The position numbers were made by a program, and so were the translations under genes. A model generated the notes under the pieces. It ran no database searches and was not told the origin of the DNA. It saw only the letters and a list, made by a program, of their open reading frames with translations. From positions 90,001 to 122,000 of the forward strand of contig JAJRVL010000004.1 of assembly GCA_024277355.1 (NCBI GenBank): a stretch of 32,000 nt of DNA. Direction: 5' to 3'. Origin of the DNA: an archaeon. GTDB taxonomy: Archaea; Iainarchaeota; Iainarchaeia; Iainarchaeales; 1-14-0-10-31-34. Positions 28,794-32,000 of this stretch are shown one piece after another; position 1 is the first letter of the stretch; the number at the start of each line of letters is the position of its first letter.

Positions 28794-31700
28794 TTAATTT
28801 TCAACTTCAAATACTCCTGTAACAAACTTATAGTCAATACATGAAAGACATTGAATTACATTTGAACAGGTTTTGCATGCTTCAGGTGTTTCAATCAGAG
28901 GTTTAGATTCAATTACTGTTGTATCTGAAACTTTTGTCGGCTTGCAGTAATCATTACCTAATTCTATTTCTTTCCCATAATTTTCTTTGAATATTCTGTA
29001 CCACGCAATAACACTTGGAACATATGTTTCTCTTGTGCTTGTTGCTTTAATTTCAGTACAAGAAACATTTTTTGGACCTGAATTATATCCTGCAATCTTT
29101 AATGCAGTTTTCCAGGTTGCTTTTGCAATTCCTGAATTAACTAACACTTTATTTAATTCTTCTTCATTACAGTTTAATCCATTAATCTCTTTTTCTAATG
29201 AATTATCTCCTGCTTCAGTTGAATTAAAATATCTTGTTCCTGCCCAAATACTATTTTCTGAGTCAGCCCAGCTTTCAGTTGTCTTCCAGTCTAAACCAAA
29301 AATATCCATCCAAGAATCTAAATTTGTTTTATGAATCTGCATTAAACCATAAGAACTTTCATTTCCGCTTTCATCAGGACCAATTGCATCAGGAACAAAA
29401 GAACTTTCCTGCTGAATTATTGCTCTGATTAAATCTGCGTCCATTGAATAATGATTTTCATTTCCATATCTTTCAATTAAAGAATCATATTTCTCTGCAT
29501 TCTTCATTGCGATAACACAATCTGCACTTTGTTTACCTAATCTTACTGTTTCTTTTTTTGTTACTTCTGCTTTAAAAGTAATTTTTTTATCTTCTCCTGG
29601 AGTTAAAACAATTGTAGTGTCTTCTGGAGTTAATTTAACGGTATAATCAGTTGAATCAGTTGGACTGCATAAATCATTAGGATATGGCGGTTGGTCACAA
29701 ACATAATCTAAACCATCTATTAAACTGCATGAATCTGGTGCAGGCGGCTGATCACAAATGTACAGTTCTCCAATTGTTGCAGGCACTTCAACTGGCTTTA
29801 ATGGAACTTCTTGTTCTTCATAAATTTCAATTACAACTCTTGTTGCATCAGGATAATTTGGAATTGGATCTAATCTTAAATCTTTAATCTCTCCTGGAAT
29901 CTGTTTTAGGATTTCATCTATTGCATCTTTAATTACATCTTCAGAACATTCAACTTCCAAGTCACATTCAATTGTTATTCCAATTTCAGTTGTATCTTTT
30001 GGAGTTGAGTCTGTTTTCATTTGAACTTCAATTGAAGCAGCTTCATAATTTGGTTCAACAAAAGTTCCTCCAAAAATTTCTTTTCCATCCGCATAACCTT
30101 TTAAATCACATTTTCCGTCTCCGGTTTTATCCTGACAAACAAAAAACTGGAAAGTAGAATTATCCCAATTTTTTAAAATTATTCTTGGCTGAGCTGAAGA
30201 AGAAAAAGATTCATAAGAAAAAGTCAATCCATTTTCTTTTGCATCAAGGAAATCAACTAAAACTGAAGTTCTAGGATAATAATTTAATGTTTTTATAGTG
30301 CTTGGAATTTCACCGTGTTTTGTTCCATTTTCATCAAATACAATAATTGAAAAAAACCCTTTTTTACTTTTATCATATTCCTGTAACATAACTGAAAATT
30401 GTTTGTCTGCTTTTGTTTCTGCTTTATCTAAATAAACTATATGTTCAGGAACTTTAGAACCTGGATTTCTTATTATTTTTTTTCCATCAACAGAAGCAAT
30501 CTGCAAGTTTTTTTGTTTTCCGTCAGAAGTTTTTGGAGTTTCTGAAGAAATTACCGGAGAATCAAATAACAATGAATCACTTTTTCCAAAAAACTTGTTT
30601 ATTCCGTTTTCACTAAAATCAATTATCCCAGTGTTTTCAGTTATTGGCTGAGGAAAAACTGCTCCAAACACACCATATATTATGTCTTTTAAATAATCAT
30701 AATAATTAGTTGAATTTGAATCCTTAATAATTAAATTATATTTTTTTCCTTTAATTAATTCAACAGTAAAACGATCTTTTTTTGCTATATCAGGATTAAT
30801 TACAATAATATCATTGTCTTCTTTTAATGCCTTAAAATCAATTATGTTTTCAAAGTTTTCTTTTGCAAAAACCTTGTAATTATCTTCTCCTAAAATTACA
30901 GTTAAAGTAAATTTATTATCTGGTTTTGAAACAATTGTTTTAGCAGTATCTTTTGGAACAGTAATTTGAGTGTTTTCTGCAGAATTACTCCAAACCCATG
31001 CTTTAGTTGCAGTTGAATCAGGAATTTTAATTGTTATTTCTTCTCCTTGAGAAAATAAAACAGGCCAAGTATTTATTCCTTCAGAATCCACTCTTAAAGT
31101 AGTAAATGGAACAAAAACTTCTTTTCCAGTTGAATCTTCTACAATTGGAGTAACTGAAACTGAATCCATTGCATTAATTACTTCTTCTGGAATTAAAACA
31201 TCAATTTTTGCTGTCTGTTTTTTTATGTTAATTTTATTTCTTAAATCAATTACAGTATCAGAAGAAACAATAATTTTATCTGAAACCCAATCCTGCAATT
31301 CAGAGGAATTTGAAATTAATTTTAATTTATAAGAATTTTTTGGAACTTTACCTGAAAGCAAAGCAAAAGAATTCTGTGAAAGATAAATTGATTTTGCATT
31401 AATTGTATCATAAAAATCAAAAGTTAATTTTCCTTCATTTAAATAATCCATTACTTCTAAACCTAAATTTATTTTTAAATTAAATTCTTTTTCTTCATAA
31501 AGTTGTTTTGTTTTAACTTGTTTTAATAAATCATAACCATCTAAAATAGAAAATTCAATTGTGTTTGCCTGGCTTGCAATAACAGATTTCAGTATTTGTC
31601 TGTTGCTGATTATTAATTCAATCGAAGTTCTTTCAGGTACAAAAGAAAATTCTAATACAGGAGTAGTTTTATCAAAAGAATCTAAACCAAAAAAATAAAC

Positions 31701-32000
31701 AAATAAGGGAAGTCCTTCTAATTTATATAAAACAGGAGTTTTTGGATCCAAATTTTCTGTTTCAAAAGAATATTTTCCGTTTCCTAAACTTTTAGCTAAA
31801 GGAATTTCTTTCAGTGTATCTGTTTCATTATAAGTTATTGCTAAAGAAACAGTGTTATCTGAATTAACTGAAACTAATTCGACATCAACAATTGAACAAG
31901 AAGCAGTTCTATTTGATGCAGTTAATTCAATTGATGCATTTGAAAATAATCCTGTACCACAATCATATTCTATAAAAGGAAATTCTTTACTTTCCATAAA
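28794..32000 (-). CDS. Giant (>=1067 aa) beta-rich protein with C-terminal SLT-type lytic transglycosylase domain; probably 5'-partial
   Basis: The frame stays open to the window edge (the codon upstream of the ATG at 31997 is TTT). The visible N-terminus MESKEFPFIEYD has no signal peptide, so the true start is probably upstream of the window. ~750 aa of beta-strand-rich sequence, a tandem CDQPP motif, one Ig-like module, an SLT domain and a Cys-rich end. Confidence 0.85.
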   Translation of the reverse strand, partial: FMESKEFPFIEYDCGTGLFSNASIELTASNRTASCSIVDVELVSVNSDNTVSLAITYNETDTLKEIPLAKSLGNGKYSFETENLDPKTPVLYKLEGLPLFVYFFGLDSFDKTTPVLEFSFVPERTSIELIISNRQILKSVIASQANTIEFSILDGYDLLKQVKTKQLYEEKEFNLKINLGLEVMDYLNEGKLTFDFYDTINAKSIYLSQNSFALLSGKVPKNSYKLKLISNSSELQDWVSDKIIVSSDTVIDLRNKINIKKQTAKIDVLIPEEVINAMDSVSVTPIVEDSTGKEVFVPFTTLRVDSEGINTWPVLFSQGEEITIKIPDSTATKAWVWSNSAENTQITVPKDTAKTIVSKPDNKFTLTVILGEDNYKVFAKENFENIIDFKALKEDNDIIVINPDIAKKDRFTVELIKGKKYNLIIKDSNSTNYYDYLKDIIYGVFGAVFPQPITENTGIIDFSENGINKFFGKSDSLLFDSPVISSETPKTSDGKQKNLQIASVDGKKIIRNPGSKVPEHIVYLDKAETKADKQFSVMLQEYDKSKKGFFSIIVFDENGTKHGEIPSTIKTLNYYPRTSVLVDFLDAKENGLTFSYESFSSSAQPRIILKNWDNSTFQFFVCQDKTGDGKCDLKGYADGKEIFGGTFVEPNYEAASIEVQMKTDSTPKDTTEIGITIECDLEVECSEDVIKDAIDEILKQIPGEIKDLRLDPIPNYPDATRVVIEIYEEQEVPLKPVEVPATIGELYICDQPPAPDSCSLIDGLDYVCDQPPYPNDLCSPTDSTDYTVKLTPEDTTIVLTPGEDKKITFKAEVTKKETVRLGKQSADCVIAMKNAEKYDSLIERYGNENHYSMDADLIRAIIQQESSFVPDAIGPDESGNESSYGLMQIHKTNLDSWMDIFGLDWKTTESWADSENSIWAGTRYFNSTEAGDNSLEKEINGLNCNEEELNKVLVNSGIAKATWKTALKIAGYNSGPKNVSCTEIKATSTRETYVPSVIAWYRIFKENYGKEIELGNDYCKPTKVSDTTVIESKPLIETPEACKTCSNVIQCLSCIDYKFVTGVFEVEN
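28990..29480 (-). other. SLT (family-1 lytic murein transglycosylase / goose-lysozyme-like) catalytic domain
   Basis: Three canonical motifs in order. AIIQQESSF (catalytic Glu codon at 29406-29408). SYGLMQIH (29334-29348). IAGYNSGPKNV (about 29064-29090). WAGTRYF lies in between. Confidence 0.8.

Noticed and set aside
5116-30157. All other short antisense or embedded ORFs in the track: 5116..5307, 7248..7685, 8648..8836, 9670..9858, 10215..10427, 13557..13754, 14691..14966, 17280..17528, 19754..20137, 20644..20859, 21509..21850, 22594..22920, 23029..23328, 24912..25190, 25404..25643, 27313..27528, 27674..27892, 28987..29334, 29234..29428, 29684..29887, 29972..30157
   Set aside because: Each lies entirely within a longer opposite-strand (or same-region) gene that has recognisable family motifs or signal/TM architecture. 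Their sequences are low-complexity F/L/S/I or L/Q-rich with no recognisable domains.
1-32000. Search for tRNA, rRNA, CRISPR arrays, IS elements, integrases and diversity-generating retroelements (reverse transcriptase plus template/variable repeat)
   Set aside because: - No intergenic gap longer than 70 nt contains a GC-rich cloverleaf-like segment or a GTTC(R)A T-loop.
- There are no regularly spaced direct repeats of CRISPR size.
- No ORF has transposase, integrase or reverse-transcriptase motifs.
- I could not spot a ~100-bp near-duplicate of any surface-protein C-terminus, although a computational self-dot-plot would be the proper test.

Overview
AT-rich (about 30% G+C by eye), gene-dense window. 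I call 28 protein-coding genes. I found no rRNA, tRNA, CRISPR array, transposase or integrase by eye. No searches or computations were run; every family call comes from motifs I can read in the translations.

Likely source: a small-genome DPANN-type archaeon (Woese-/Pacearchaeota-like). Supporting content is an MjOgg-like Ogg2 glycosylase, a KaiC-like ATPase, HTH-CBS and TrmB regulators, TraB, PHP, a Trbp111-like tRNA-binding protein, a lysine-rich proteome, A/T TATA-like boxes and GGTG-type Shine-Dalgarno (SD) motifs. A CPR bacterium cannot be excluded from this window alone.

Housekeeping genes are sufS, a bacterial-type metK, a Glu/Leu-family dehydrogenase, ogg and an FTR1 iron permease. 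They are interspersed with four loci encoding very large secreted or membrane-anchored proteins:
- (i) 1-6796 (-): a KaiC/RecA-like ATPase followed on the same strand by two paralogous single-pass surface proteins that share a SHOCT-like cytoplasmic tail, then a CARDB-repeat adhesin.
- (ii) 15077-18312 (+): two overlapping membrane-protein genes that share a ~50-aa C-terminal domain. One carries a ~580-aa K/E/P-rich 'KPEIK' spacer.
- (iii) 21081-26121 (+): three translationally coupled type I surface proteins built from about 15 NEW3/CARDB-like beta-sandwich modules.
- (iv) 28794-32000 (-): a protein of more than 1067 aa ending in a canonical SLT lytic-transglycosylase (peptidoglycan-cleaving) domain.

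Smaller accessory cassettes: a small protein plus a retropepsin-like aspartic protease, with overlapping genes and a palindromic operator; a minimal nucleotidyltransferase plus a small ORF; and a divergent metK / HTH-CBS pair with AGAATAA repeats in the shared promoter.

Best candidate for an undescribed system: the KaiC-like ATPase plus surface-receptor/adhesin cluster. Together with the SLT-bearing giant protein it suggests a host-contact apparatus.
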